Source: Thermodesulfobacteriota bacterium (GTDB lineage: Bacteria > Desulfobacterota > Desulfobulbia > Desulfobulbales > SURF-16). Taken from it: a DNA stretch of 64,000 bases. The notes beneath the pieces were generated by a model. That model saw nothing but the letters and a program-made list of their open reading frames with translations. It was not told the DNA's origin and did no database searches. Shown here one piece after another: positions 1 to 8,938 of this stretch; positions within the stretch are counted from its first letter, which is position 1; each line of letters opens with the position of its first letter. The stretch is from NCBI GenBank assembly GCA_040755455.1, contig JBFMAY010000007.1:1-64000 (forward strand), written 5' to 3'. The translations under genes and the position numbers were made by a program.

Positions 1-221
1 TTAACAGACAAGGGGGTGGGATGGATCAATCGAAAGTGGCTTTTGAGAAAAAACGGTCAGAATGGAAGGGAAATTACGATAGCATGAAAAGTGGTGGGGA
101 AACTGCCGCGCAGCGGCTTACTTGAACCAACACATCCACCAGACCAGGTTGGCCTATGTTTTTCTACCCATCGTCGCGGCTGGCTGGTGATGTGAAACGT
201 TAGGTTTTTCCCCCGCCCAGA

Positions 222-944
222 TCAGAAGATTTTTTTCCAGTTCTGTCCTGCGTGAAACAGATCCTTCAGGGTGACGACCCCCTGAGCCTTCATTTTTTTG
301 ACGAGATAGATAAAGAGATAGGCCGTCTGCAGGGAATCCTGCAGGGCATCATGCTGGGAAAAGGCGGGCAGTCCATAATCCCTGCTCAGGTCGGCCAGGT
401 TGAAGGAAACCTGCAGGTTAAACTGGTCGTGGTAATTCTCCCAGCAGGTATCGGTATAGACCTGGGCCAGGCGCATGGTGTCCAGGCAGGGGTTTTTGAT
501 GGTGGAGCCGAAAATTTTTTTAGCCGCCTTATTAATAAATCCCACATCAAGACTGACGTAATGGCCAACCAGCAGGGAAGGACCGCAGAATTCGATGAAT
601 TTCGGCAGGATCTCCTTCAAGGTGGGGGCATGGGCAAGCTGCTCCGGGGTAATACGATGGAGCAGGGTGCTGTCGGTGGCGTCAGTAATCTTATACGGTT
701 TGACAAAGGAATGAAACGTCTCGCCGGCAATAATCTTCAGATCTCTGACATGCACGGCACCAATGGAGACGATTTCATCCTTGCCGCTCAGACCGGTCAG
801 CTCGGTATCGAAAACGACAAAATTATAAAATTCAAGCGGCTGGTTCTGATCAATATCCTTGAACCAGCTGTGATTTTGAGCAAAAACAGGATGTTCTTTT
901 TTCTCTTTCCCGCCGGAGAAAGGCCACAGATGCATGATTCCCAA
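222..944 (-). CDS. DEDDh 3'-5' exonuclease (DNA Pol III epsilon-like)
   Basis: ExoI VFDTELTG, ExoII VGHYVSLDVGFI, ExoIII HDALQD; lies directly downstream of a DUF294 gene, a known pairing. Confidence 0.85.
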   Translation of the reverse strand: MGIMHLWPFSGGKEKKEHPVFAQNHSWFKDIDQNQPLEFYNFVVFDTELTGLSGKDEIVSIGAVHVRDLKIIAGETFHSFVKPYKITDATDSTLLHRITPEQLAHAPTLKEILPKFIEFCGPSLLVGHYVSLDVGFINKAAKKIFGSTIKNPCLDTMRLAQVYTDTCWENYHDQFNLQVSFNLADLSRDYGLPAFSQHDALQDSLQTAYLFIYLVKKMKAQGVVTLKDLFHAGQNWKKIF

Positions 945-955
945 GTTCGTCCCTT

Positions 956-2887
956 TTAAATTTCCCGTAAACGGAATTGCTGATTGAGGCTCGCCTGAAT
1001 TTTCCTGATTACCTCAAAGGCCTCTTTCAGCGTTTTTTTCTCGAGATCAGAGAGGTCAGCGGGGTTGATGTAATTATGCGGCTGCATGCCCTCTTCCAGC
1101 AGATGCAGTTGGTGGATCAGTCGGAGCTGCATGAGAAACTCATAAGCTTCTACTGTTTCGTTGTAAAGTTCCTGGGAAATATACCGATGTTCGTGGAGGA
1201 GCTGCAGGCGGCCCAGGGTGTTCGTTTCGGCAATACCGTATTTAAGCGCCAGGATTCTGGCAAAATCAACAAAAGGCACCAGTCCGCTTTCCTTGAGGTT
1301 TAGTCTGTTTTTATGGTCGCCGTTTTTTTCCACGATGAAATTCTTGAAAAAGGAAAGAGGGGGCCGCGACTTAAGACAGAATTTGGCCAGATGGGCCAAG
1401 AATATCTCCTGCTTGGGGGCCACGGTGCACAGATGCTTTCTTAAATTTCTGGCCAGGTTTTCATCGCCGTAGCCTGATCTGAAATCAAAAAAGATGGTGG
1501 TGTTTAATACCTCCTGGGGATCCGGGGTGATCATCCACTGGTTGAATGCCTTGATCCAGCCGTTCAGGTTTTTGCGCAGGGCACTGTTGGAAGCCATGAT
1601 GTTGCCCGGGCAGCGTGGATAGCCGCAGTGCACAAGATGCTCTATGACCTCTTCCGTGAAAACTCTGAAATATTCGATGGTGTTCCGTTTTCTGGCTTCG
1701 TCTTCCGGAATTTCGAAGATAAGGGCGTTGTCCTGGTCCGTACGGAATGTCTGCTCACGCCGTCCTTCGCTGCCCATGAGCATCCAGCAAAACTTGACAG
1801 GCGGCGCCCCCATTTTTTCAATCATCAGGGTCAGCAGGCGGTCAAGTATCTGATCGTTTAAGATGGTTATCATTCTGGTGATATTGTTGGCCTTGGCACC
1901 CTCCTCGATGAGTGATCTCACTACCAGCGGAACCTTGAGGGACAGTTGGTAGAGATCCTCCGCCCTGCGCTGGGCCAAAATTTCCCGGAAAAGATAGAGG
2001 GGTGAAGTCCCCTGCAGAACCATGATATCATGGGTGGTTACCACGCCGGTAATCTTTCCCTGTTTTTTAATGGCCAGATGGTGAATGCGGTTGCTCATCA
2101 TCTTCAGCAGGGCATCGAAGCAGACGGCATGGGAGTCAATGGTCAGTACTGGGGTGGCCATGATCCATTTGACCATGGTCTGGTAGTCAAGACCCTGGGC
2201 GACAACCCTGGTGCGCAGATCCTTGTCGGTAATAATGCCGATGATCTCACCCGCGCTGTCTTGCACCAGCAGTGAGCCGATATGCAGCTGGGCCATGCGG
2301 ATGGCGGCATTTTGCACGGTATCATCCGCGTTGATGGTTTGCGGCTGGCCCTTGACCACGGCCCCTACTTGGGCGCTGAAGAGATAGAGTGAACCTTCCG
2401 TCCTGGTTGAGACACGATGCTGTCGCAATTCCTTATATGCCGTCCTCACCAGTTTATCGGACATGCTGCGCAGAAAATAGGTGGTAACCTTGGGCGCTGA
2501 ATGCAACAGCTCCATGAATGCTTCCTTGTGAAAGAGGAAACAGAAGGTGTCCTCCACCGTCTCCACATTGAGATTGGCCGGGGTGTTCTGAATAATAGGC
2601 AGAGCGCCGAAGTATTCACCTTCACCCCGGAAGTCTTTCAGGGTAACCTGACCTTGCTCGTCTTTCAGGTAGGTCTTGACGCCTCCCTTCTGGATAAGGT
2701 GGAAGTGGGTGACTTCAGTTGTGTCCTGTTTGAAAATAAGGGTATTCTTCGGGTAGAAATCAATAATGCACTGACGAGCCAGTCTTTTTAGGGTGTCTCT
2801 GTCAAGTTCATTAAAGGGCAGGGTCTTTTTCAGGAATTCGAGAACGATTTCTGGCGAGATATTGTGAAGATCATTTTTATGTGGCAT
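956..2887 (-). CDS. cNMP-binding / CBS-pair / DUF294 putative nucleotidyltransferase
   Basis: N-terminal cNMP fold (GEYFG), two CBS domains (GIITDKDLR), GSEGRREQTFRTDQDN nucleotidyltransferase motif, DUF294_C (NLKESGL..FARILAL). Confidence 0.9.
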   Translation of the reverse strand: MPHKNDLHNISPEIVLEFLKKTLPFNELDRDTLKRLARQCIIDFYPKNTLIFKQDTTEVTHFHLIQKGGVKTYLKDEQGQVTLKDFRGEGEYFGALPIIQNTPANLNVETVEDTFCFLFHKEAFMELLHSAPKVTTYFLRSMSDKLVRTAYKELRQHRVSTRTEGSLYLFSAQVGAVVKGQPQTINADDTVQNAAIRMAQLHIGSLLVQDSAGEIIGIITDKDLRTRVVAQGLDYQTMVKWIMATPVLTIDSHAVCFDALLKMMSNRIHHLAIKKQGKITGVVTTHDIMVLQGTSPLYLFREILAQRRAEDLYQLSLKVPLVVRSLIEEGAKANNITRMITILNDQILDRLLTLMIEKMGAPPVKFCWMLMGSEGRREQTFRTDQDNALIFEIPEDEARKRNTIEYFRVFTEEVIEHLVHCGYPRCPGNIMASNSALRKNLNGWIKAFNQWMITPDPQEVLNTTIFFDFRSGYGDENLARNLRKHLCTVAPKQEIFLAHLAKFCLKSRPPLSFFKNFIVEKNGDHKNRLNLKESGLVPFVDFARILALKYGIAETNTLGRLQLLHEHRYISQELYNETVEAYEFLMQLRLIHQLHLLEEGMQPHNYINPADLSDLEKKTLKEAFEVIRKIQASLNQQFRLREI

Positions 2888-2955
2888 TATAAACGGTTTC
2901 CATTATTGTTGTCCCCGGCCCGGATGGTCAGGGAATGTTTTTGTCGGGGCAAATC

Positions 2956-4743
2956 CTATGGCTGGGGTAGGGGGAAATCGGGACAATAATTGTCAGGTGG
3001 AATCTTTCTGGATTTGTAACAGTCCGATTTTGTAAATGCGGGAACGGCCTCTTCCTCGGTTGCATATCTTTGCCTGATGGAATTAAAGGCCGTGTTGCGG
3101 GCCATAAAGGCATCGACGATATCCGGGGCAAAGTGCCGGCCTTTTTCCTGGGTAATGATTTTCATGGCCTCCTCGTGGAGACAGGCTGAGCGGTATTTCC
3201 GCACGGTGGTCAGGGCATCATAAACATCGGCCAGGGCAACAATACGCGCGGCCAAGGGAATTTCTTCTTCCCTGAGGCCATATGGGTACCCGGTGCCATC
3301 CCACTTTTCATGATGACAGTAGGCAATTGTCTTTGCCATGGATAAAAAGGATTGCTCCGCCCTATGGGCGTCCACTGCTTTCAGTATATTGCCTCCATAG
3401 GTGGTATGCTGTTTGATGACCGCATTTTCTTCAGGGGTGAACTTGGCTGGTTTGAGGAGTATTTCGTCGGGTATGCTTACCTTGCCGATATCGTGGAGAA
3501 TAGAGGAGTGGTAGAGATCCTCGATATACTGTTCGTTGATGTATTCTTTATATTCATTTCTGGTGGCCAGTTCTCTGGCAATGACTTGACTGTATTCCCG
3601 GATCCTTTCCAAATGACTTCCGGTATGCACATCCCGGTATTCGGACAGCTTGGCCAGGCCGAGAATGGTGGCGGTTCGTGTTTCCTGCACTGTTTTCAGC
3701 GACTGCAGCAGTTCATTATCCAATTTGATCCGGGTGGATATATCCCTGATCAGCATCTGGAAACCTACCAGAATTCCCTCCTTTTTGATAACGGTGGCGT
3801 TGCATTCCACATTGAAGATCTTGTTGCCGGTACCGACCAGCCGGAACTGGCAGCCTGTGACATCCTCTTCCTGGCGAAGTTTGCTCAGCAGTTGAGACTG
3901 AACTGAGGGGATATCTTCGGCGTGCACCAGGTTAAGCAAGTCAATGTCCTGATCAGTTTCCGGCAGGTGCAGATTTTTATAAAACCGGGGATTTGCCAGC
4001 AGAATCTTGCTTTCCCGGTCAACAAGGATAACGTCGTCTATGATGTTTTCGTACAAATCCCGATAGCGGCTTTCGGATTCTTTCAGCTCATTTGTTCTTT
4101 TTTTGACGTCATCCTCCAGCTTCCCCGCATAATAGGCTAATTTTGTTCCTATTTCCCTTTCTTTCATGCGCAGATTGAATTCGTTTATTCTTGCTTTGTG
4201 TTCCGCGTTGCTCTGGACGACGATGATTATGATGAAGGTTATAAAAAAGAATGAGTTGACGAGAAAATCATGGAAGGCGGAAATGGTCAGCGGATTGAAT
4301 ATAATGATTGGCAGAGTATAAATGGCAAACAGGATTCCGCCGAGTGTCGTGGTTTGCGCCATGGTCAGCGGGAAGATGGCGGCGAAAATGACGAGAACTA
4401 GAATAAGCCCTACGTAATAAAATGACGAAAATCCCCCCATCTGGACAATCATAGGTGAAATGGTAAGGGCCGAGACGAGGTAGGCAGTGGTGCCGAAGAT
4501 AAAGGGGTATCGTCTTTTTTTGTCGCGGGAGTTGAGCAGAAGGACAAAAAGGCAGAAGAGCGAGGCAGATAGACGCCAGATAAGAAATTTGCTGAAATAC
4601 TGATTGACGGCTATATAGTCAAGAACTGAAAAGAGAGGGAGCAAAATGACCACGGTCCAGAGAATAACGTTGGCCCGCTGGTGGAGCAGGTCCTGCAGTT
4701 CCTGATGATATATGCTGCTGTATTCTGGTTTAATATCGTTCAT
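2956..4743 (-). CDS. Membrane 6TM-PAS-HD-GYP c-di-GMP phosphodiesterase (paralogue 1)
   Basis: About six hydrophobic helices, a PAS domain ending LIRDIS, and HDIGK, HHEKWDGTGYP and ARIVALADVYDAL motifs. Confidence 0.9.
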   Translation of the reverse strand: MNDIKPEYSSIYHQELQDLLHQRANVILWTVVILLPLFSVLDYIAVNQYFSKFLIWRLSASLFCLFVLLLNSRDKKRRYPFIFGTTAYLVSALTISPMIVQMGGFSSFYYVGLILVLVIFAAIFPLTMAQTTTLGGILFAIYTLPIIIFNPLTISAFHDFLVNSFFFITFIIIIVVQSNAEHKARINEFNLRMKEREIGTKLAYYAGKLEDDVKKRTNELKESESRYRDLYENIIDDVILVDRESKILLANPRFYKNLHLPETDQDIDLLNLVHAEDIPSVQSQLLSKLRQEEDVTGCQFRLVGTGNKIFNVECNATVIKKEGILVGFQMLIRDISTRIKLDNELLQSLKTVQETRTATILGLAKLSEYRDVHTGSHLERIREYSQVIARELATRNEYKEYINEQYIEDLYHSSILHDIGKVSIPDEILLKPAKFTPEENAVIKQHTTYGGNILKAVDAHRAEQSFLSMAKTIAYCHHEKWDGTGYPYGLREEEIPLAARIVALADVYDALTTVRKYRSACLHEEAMKIITQEKGRHFAPDIVDAFMARNTAFNSIRQRYATEEEAVPAFTKSDCYKSRKIPPDNYCPDFPLPQP

Positions 4744-4890
4744 TTTGCAATGGAGTAAAGAATTACGCAGAACAATTGAATAAAATTGAGCATAACTTAA
4801 AATTTCATGAAAATCTAGAAAAGCGTGGGATGATAAGTTTTTAGGGCGTTATTTTGAGGGGTAGGGCAAAGAGGGGCAGTAAAAACGGGG

Positions 4891-4931
4891 TGAACCAATA
4901 AAGCTCCAGCCAAGAGAGCTTTATTGGTTCA
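4891..4931 (-). terminator. Inverted repeat / probable terminator of the adhesin gene
   Basis: TGAACCAATAAAGCTC...GAGCTTTATTGGTTCA, a 16-bp perfect stem just past the stop at 4965. Confidence 0.65.
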
Positions 4932-4964
4932 GGGTTGTGAATTTTTTTCAGATACAGTTAGATG

Positions 4965-7730
4965 TTAGAAGCCAAAAGCCATGTATCCGACTTGTTCAGG
5001 CGCATGTAATATCTCTTTGTCTTTTGATTTTTCCTCTTCAATCCGCAATTCAACACTTCCTGCCAATACCGTTTTACCGCGAACAGTTGCTGTGTCGTTT
5101 TCCACCCCGCTCTGCATGTCAGTCACCACGGCGGGGGGGGTGTTAAAAGGAGTGTTGAAGCTCACTATTGCCAGTTTGTCGGTGATGGCAGCCGGCGTGA
5201 GCGCAACGTCATAAGCCATGCCGTTCAGAATGCCAGTGGAAGGCTCCCAGGCAATATATGACACCGTTTCAGTTGCATGAACCTGGGTGTTGAGTTCCTG
5301 TTCCTGTAACTTGAAGTACATACCGAAAGCGGAGATATTTTTCACCCGGCCAATGACCCCGGCTGTCTCGTTTACGCTTGTGACAGAAGTCGTAACAACA
5401 GGAGCAACAGTAAACTGTTGGGCGAATTTTGTCTGTGCATATGTTGTTTTATTGGTTGAAAACAGGCCGGCCTCGATTTTTGTTCCATCGGCAAGAGTAT
5501 AACTTCCCTGTTCCATGACAAGATAGCTTACCCTCTCAACCCCGTGTTTGCCATCAAGGTAATCCCACTCCTTTATCCGCAGGTCAAACCCGGTCGCGTT
5601 AACGTTTTTTATCCTCACAATACACGGACTCCTATCAATCATGCTGACAATTTTTGCCACCACTATGGGGTTGGTAAATGAGGTGTTGAAAGAAATTCGT
5701 TGCCAAGTAGTAGAGGCATTGACTGTGCCGTACTCCAAGGCCGGACCAGGTGCTTCTCCGTTATTGTCCGGAGTTGAGCTGCTGTCGCCTGGATCGGATC
5801 CCTGGGTCACTTCATCACCGTCCAGATACCCGTCATTGTCACTGTCGGAGTCAAGAAGATTGAGGGTTCCATCACCATCAATATCTGTATTCCATGCGGA
5901 GCCCCAGTAGTTGACCTCGGCGCCATCATCCAAGCCATCTGCATCCGTGTCAAGCAAAGCCGGGCTGGTTTTGTATAGATCTCGTTCTTCTCCGGTAAGC
6001 AAGGTATCACCATCGGCATCACCGTCCAGATCTATCCAGGAAATGGCCATAAAGCCCACCGATTCATAATCATGATCAGTTTCAGTATCATTCGACTGTT
6101 CTTCGGAAACCGTAATCTGAACTTCCGTGGCTGTCAGCTCAGCAAAGCGCAGATTTGCTGTGTCAATATCGCTCATGCTTTGCATGTCAGCAATAAATAC
6201 GGGAGCATTGGTAAATCCTTCCTGGAAGGTAATTTTCCGCCACTGATTATTGACTTTATCCGGACTTACAGCAACTTCATAGGCATACTCGCCTATCAGA
6301 CCGGCAGAAGGTTCCCAGGCAATATAGGCAATTTCCTCAACGCCGTGTTCCGGGAGATTTGCCTCTTCTTCCTGCATTTCGTAGTCAAATCCTGATGCTG
6401 AGACATGGCTTATCCTGCCGACAACGGCATCGATTTCCTGGTCGGTAACTATGGAGGCTGCAACAACAGGCGGAACACTAAATTCGCCGGCGAAAGAGAC
6501 GGCCAGGGGGGAACCGCTTAATTGATGCTCAAAGGTGTCTGCTTCCACATGGCTGCCATTATCAAGGGTGAAACTGCCCCGTTCCATGGCGATATATCCA
6601 ACTTTCTCAGGACCATGTTCCAGAGCAAGATAGTCATACTGCTGCAGTCGTATCTCAAATCCTGTTGCCGAGACATTGCGGATCCTGATGGTGCAGGGGT
6701 TGGGATCGGCAAAGCCTGCCGGCTTGGCAACAACAACCGGATCCCTGAAAATCTCTGTAAAAACAACCGCTGTCCAGATGCCACTGGCAGTAACTTCCCC
6801 TGTTTCCATGGTAAATTCAGGCGGAGCCTGTTCAATGGTAACAGAAACTGCCGCTACATTTGAATCCCCATATCCGTCGTTGATGACAAAGTGAAATGCA
6901 TCACTGCCGTAAGATCCCTGCTTGGGAGTATAGGTATAAGCTCCGCTGGCAGGGTCAGTGATCACCGCTGTGCCGAGTAAGCCGTTCGTGACGATTCGAT
7001 AGGTCAGGTTGGCACTGTCGATATCTCTCCCGGTCAGTACGCCTGAACCTGAATTGTCTTGCTGAATTAGCAGGTTGGCACTGTCTGCCGCTGGTAAATC
7101 ATTAACCGGATTAATGGTGATCGTGACCGTAGCTGCTTCAGAAGCCCCGTTGGCATCGGTTACTCTATAGCTAAATGTATCAGCACCGTTAATTTGTGCG
7201 GTGGGCTGGTATGAAAAATTTCCTGTTTCAATATTGGTTATGGTCGCAGTCCCTTTGGTGCCGTTTGCAACAATCTGATAGGTAAGGGGCAGGTTGTCCG
7301 GGCTTTGCCCCGCAAGTTGACCTTGGCCAGTTGTATCTTCATTAATGGTCAGGGACATATCATGCGCAAGGGGTAACGGGGGTGGCAGTACAGGATCAGA
7401 GGGTGCGGTCCAGACCACCTCCTGTGAGAAGGCACTTTCAAAACCATTAGCATCATAGGCGGTCGCAGCAAAATAATAGGTTGTGCCGTCAACGAGTCCG
7501 CTCACGGTGCCTAATACGACACCATTTACAGGGGGTGGATTACCCATATCAACCGCATGGTCATATTGAGCGCTTGTGGTTCCGTAATGGATTTTATAAC
7601 CGGCCAAATTCGTTTCCGGGTTGGGGAGCCAACTGAAGTTCGCCTCCTGCAAGGCGTAAAGAGGGGCAGAAAATGAAAAGAGAAGGGATGTTACAATGCC
7701 TAGTAAAAACAAAATTTTTTTTTGCTGCAT
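4965..7730 (-). CDS. Large secreted surface protein/adhesin: FnIII, two Ig/cadherin-like repeats, two multi-lectin (H-type-like) modules and Asp-rich Ca-binding repeats
   Basis: Signal peptide; FSWLPN..GYKIHYG..YYFAATAYD (FnIII); EDT..G.L / TVTITINPVNDLP repeats; repeated F..PVV....C.IRI.NV.ATGF..R..E units; DTDADGLDDG / DSDNDGYLDG. Confidence 0.75.
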   Translation of the reverse strand: MQQKKILFLLGIVTSLLFSFSAPLYALQEANFSWLPNPETNLAGYKIHYGTTSAQYDHAVDMGNPPPVNGVVLGTVSGLVDGTTYYFAATAYDANGFESAFSQEVVWTAPSDPVLPPPLPLAHDMSLTINEDTTGQGQLAGQSPDNLPLTYQIVANGTKGTATITNIETGNFSYQPTAQINGADTFSYRVTDANGASEAATVTITINPVNDLPAADSANLLIQQDNSGSGVLTGRDIDSANLTYRIVTNGLLGTAVITDPASGAYTYTPKQGSYGSDAFHFVINDGYGDSNVAAVSVTIEQAPPEFTMETGEVTASGIWTAVVFTEIFRDPVVVAKPAGFADPNPCTIRIRNVSATGFEIRLQQYDYLALEHGPEKVGYIAMERGSFTLDNGSHVEADTFEHQLSGSPLAVSFAGEFSVPPVVAASIVTDQEIDAVVGRISHVSASGFDYEMQEEEANLPEHGVEEIAYIAWEPSAGLIGEYAYEVAVSPDKVNNQWRKITFQEGFTNAPVFIADMQSMSDIDTANLRFAELTATEVQITVSEEQSNDTETDHDYESVGFMAISWIDLDGDADGDTLLTGEERDLYKTSPALLDTDADGLDDGAEVNYWGSAWNTDIDGDGTLNLLDSDSDNDGYLDGDEVTQGSDPGDSSSTPDNNGEAPGPALEYGTVNASTTWQRISFNTSFTNPIVVAKIVSMIDRSPCIVRIKNVNATGFDLRIKEWDYLDGKHGVERVSYLVMEQGSYTLADGTKIEAGLFSTNKTTYAQTKFAQQFTVAPVVTTSVTSVNETAGVIGRVKNISAFGMYFKLQEQELNTQVHATETVSYIAWEPSTGILNGMAYDVALTPAAITDKLAIVSFNTPFNTPPAVVTDMQSGVENDTATVRGKTVLAGSVELRIEEEKSKDKEILHAPEQVGYMAFGF

Positions 7731-7777
7731 ACAGCACCTCCAGGTTTGTGAAAACGGGCAACACCTGAAAATGCTGT

Positions 7778-7873
7778 CCGTTCGGCAACCCCGCTACCAT
7801 ATTCCATAATTTGGAAACTTAGGCCGGAGGCTTTGCGTCCCACTCTTTCGCAGTGGTTTGCCATTATCGTGGA
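7778..7873 (-). ncRNA. c-di-GMP-I (GEMM-I) riboswitch aptamer
   Basis: Minus strand reads ..ACGAUAAUGGCAAACCACUGCGAAAGAGUGGGACGCAAAGCCUCCGGCCUAAG..AUGGUAGCGGGGUUGCCGAACGG, closely matching the Vc2 aptamer as recalled; G at the position-20 equivalent. Confidence 0.95.
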
Positions 7874-7901
7874 TAAATTAACTTACTTGATTATCATTAT
7901 T

Positions 7902-7918
7902 GGCAATTCTAATGCCAA
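7902..7918 (-). promoter_or_regulatory. sigma54 -24/-12 promoter for the riboswitch-adhesin transcript
   Basis: TTGGCATTAGAATTGCC (GG-N10-GC); predicted TSS ~7891, just ahead of the aptamer. Confidence 0.75.
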
Positions 7919-8354
7919 CAAAGGCCAAATTGTTTCAGTGTCACTGCGAGGTAATAATTCTATTGATTCTTATGGGTTGTGGTGACATGACAGCGGAGTA
8001 ATGCGGAAGGAACAGAGCGCGTTGTTAAATTTTTTTAAATTGCTATCTGGTTAGGATTGGAATTTTAAAAATTAATTAAGAGCTTGACCGGGTAAAAATC
8101 TTTGCTGTTCGCCCCCAGTGTTTGACCATTTTAGGACCCCATGAACTCATGTGCTGGTGTGGATAGATAGATTTATGATGGTGAACAGATATTACCGGGC
8201 GTGCGCCGGATCAGGTTGTTATCGATAGGAGACATGAACAGGCCTGAGGTTGCAAACCTGGCGGCATGATGGACTGCAGTTGCCTGATCGAGTGGCATCG
8301 CTGCCTTTTATACAAAGAAGTGGCATAATTCTAGCCCGTTGATAATTTGATATT

Positions 8355-8906
8355 TTACCTGATGGTGCGTTTTTTCTGTTCAAGTCTTATGTCGAGCATC
8401 TTCAGTTGATCAATGTGGTTTTTCATGGTCTGGTTTTCTTTATTCAAGGTATCAAGTTTCTGACGAAGGGATGCGCATTTGTTCAGCAGCGATGTTTTTT
8501 CGTCCTTAAGGCATTCATGTTCTTCCCTGAGCAGGGCCAGTTGATTGATTTCAAGCAGAATGTTTCTGAGGTACTGGATTTCAAGCCGTTCATGCTCTTC
8601 AGAAGGAGTGAGTTCTGTATAACGGTCAAGGGCTGTGATCGCCTTGTCATAATCAGGGGCAGGGTTATTGTTATGTGAATAGAGGAGAGCCAGGAAATAA
8701 TATGTTTCGGGCGGCACATATTCTGTCGCGCCCGACTCCTTTTCTCCAACAATTTTTTCAAGAAATAAAATTTCATCTGCAATATTGGCATATTGCATTG
8801 CCATATAATAATTGGTGGAATCTCTGAACAGATGTTTGTCAGCGCAACCGATCGTTAAAAAAGAAACAAAGAGAAGGGCAAATGCAAGTCTGGCGAAATT
8901 TACCAT
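8355..8906 (-). CDS. Lipoprotein with a TPR-like helix and C-terminal coiled coil (QseG/YfhG-like architecture)
   Basis: Lipobox LTIGC; YFLALLYSH..NPAPDYDKA; heptad-rich C-terminus; follows the GGDEF gene. Confidence 0.6.
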   Translation of the reverse strand: MVNFARLAFALLFVSFLTIGCADKHLFRDSTNYYMAMQYANIADEILFLEKIVGEKESGATEYVPPETYYFLALLYSHNNNPAPDYDKAITALDRYTELTPSEEHERLEIQYLRNILLEINQLALLREEHECLKDEKTSLLNKCASLRQKLDTLNKENQTMKNHIDQLKMLDIRLEQKKRTIR

Positions 8907-8938
8907 GAAATAAACACCTCGTGATTAAACGGGAATTC

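Noticed and set aside
7778..7873. cGAMP-sensing GEMM-Ib riboswitch
   Set aside because: The position-20 equivalent is G (AAUGGCAAACC), not A
7901..7917. Plus-strand sigma54 promoter from the near-palindromic site
   Set aside because: Weaker -12 element (ATGC) and no plus-strand gene downstream
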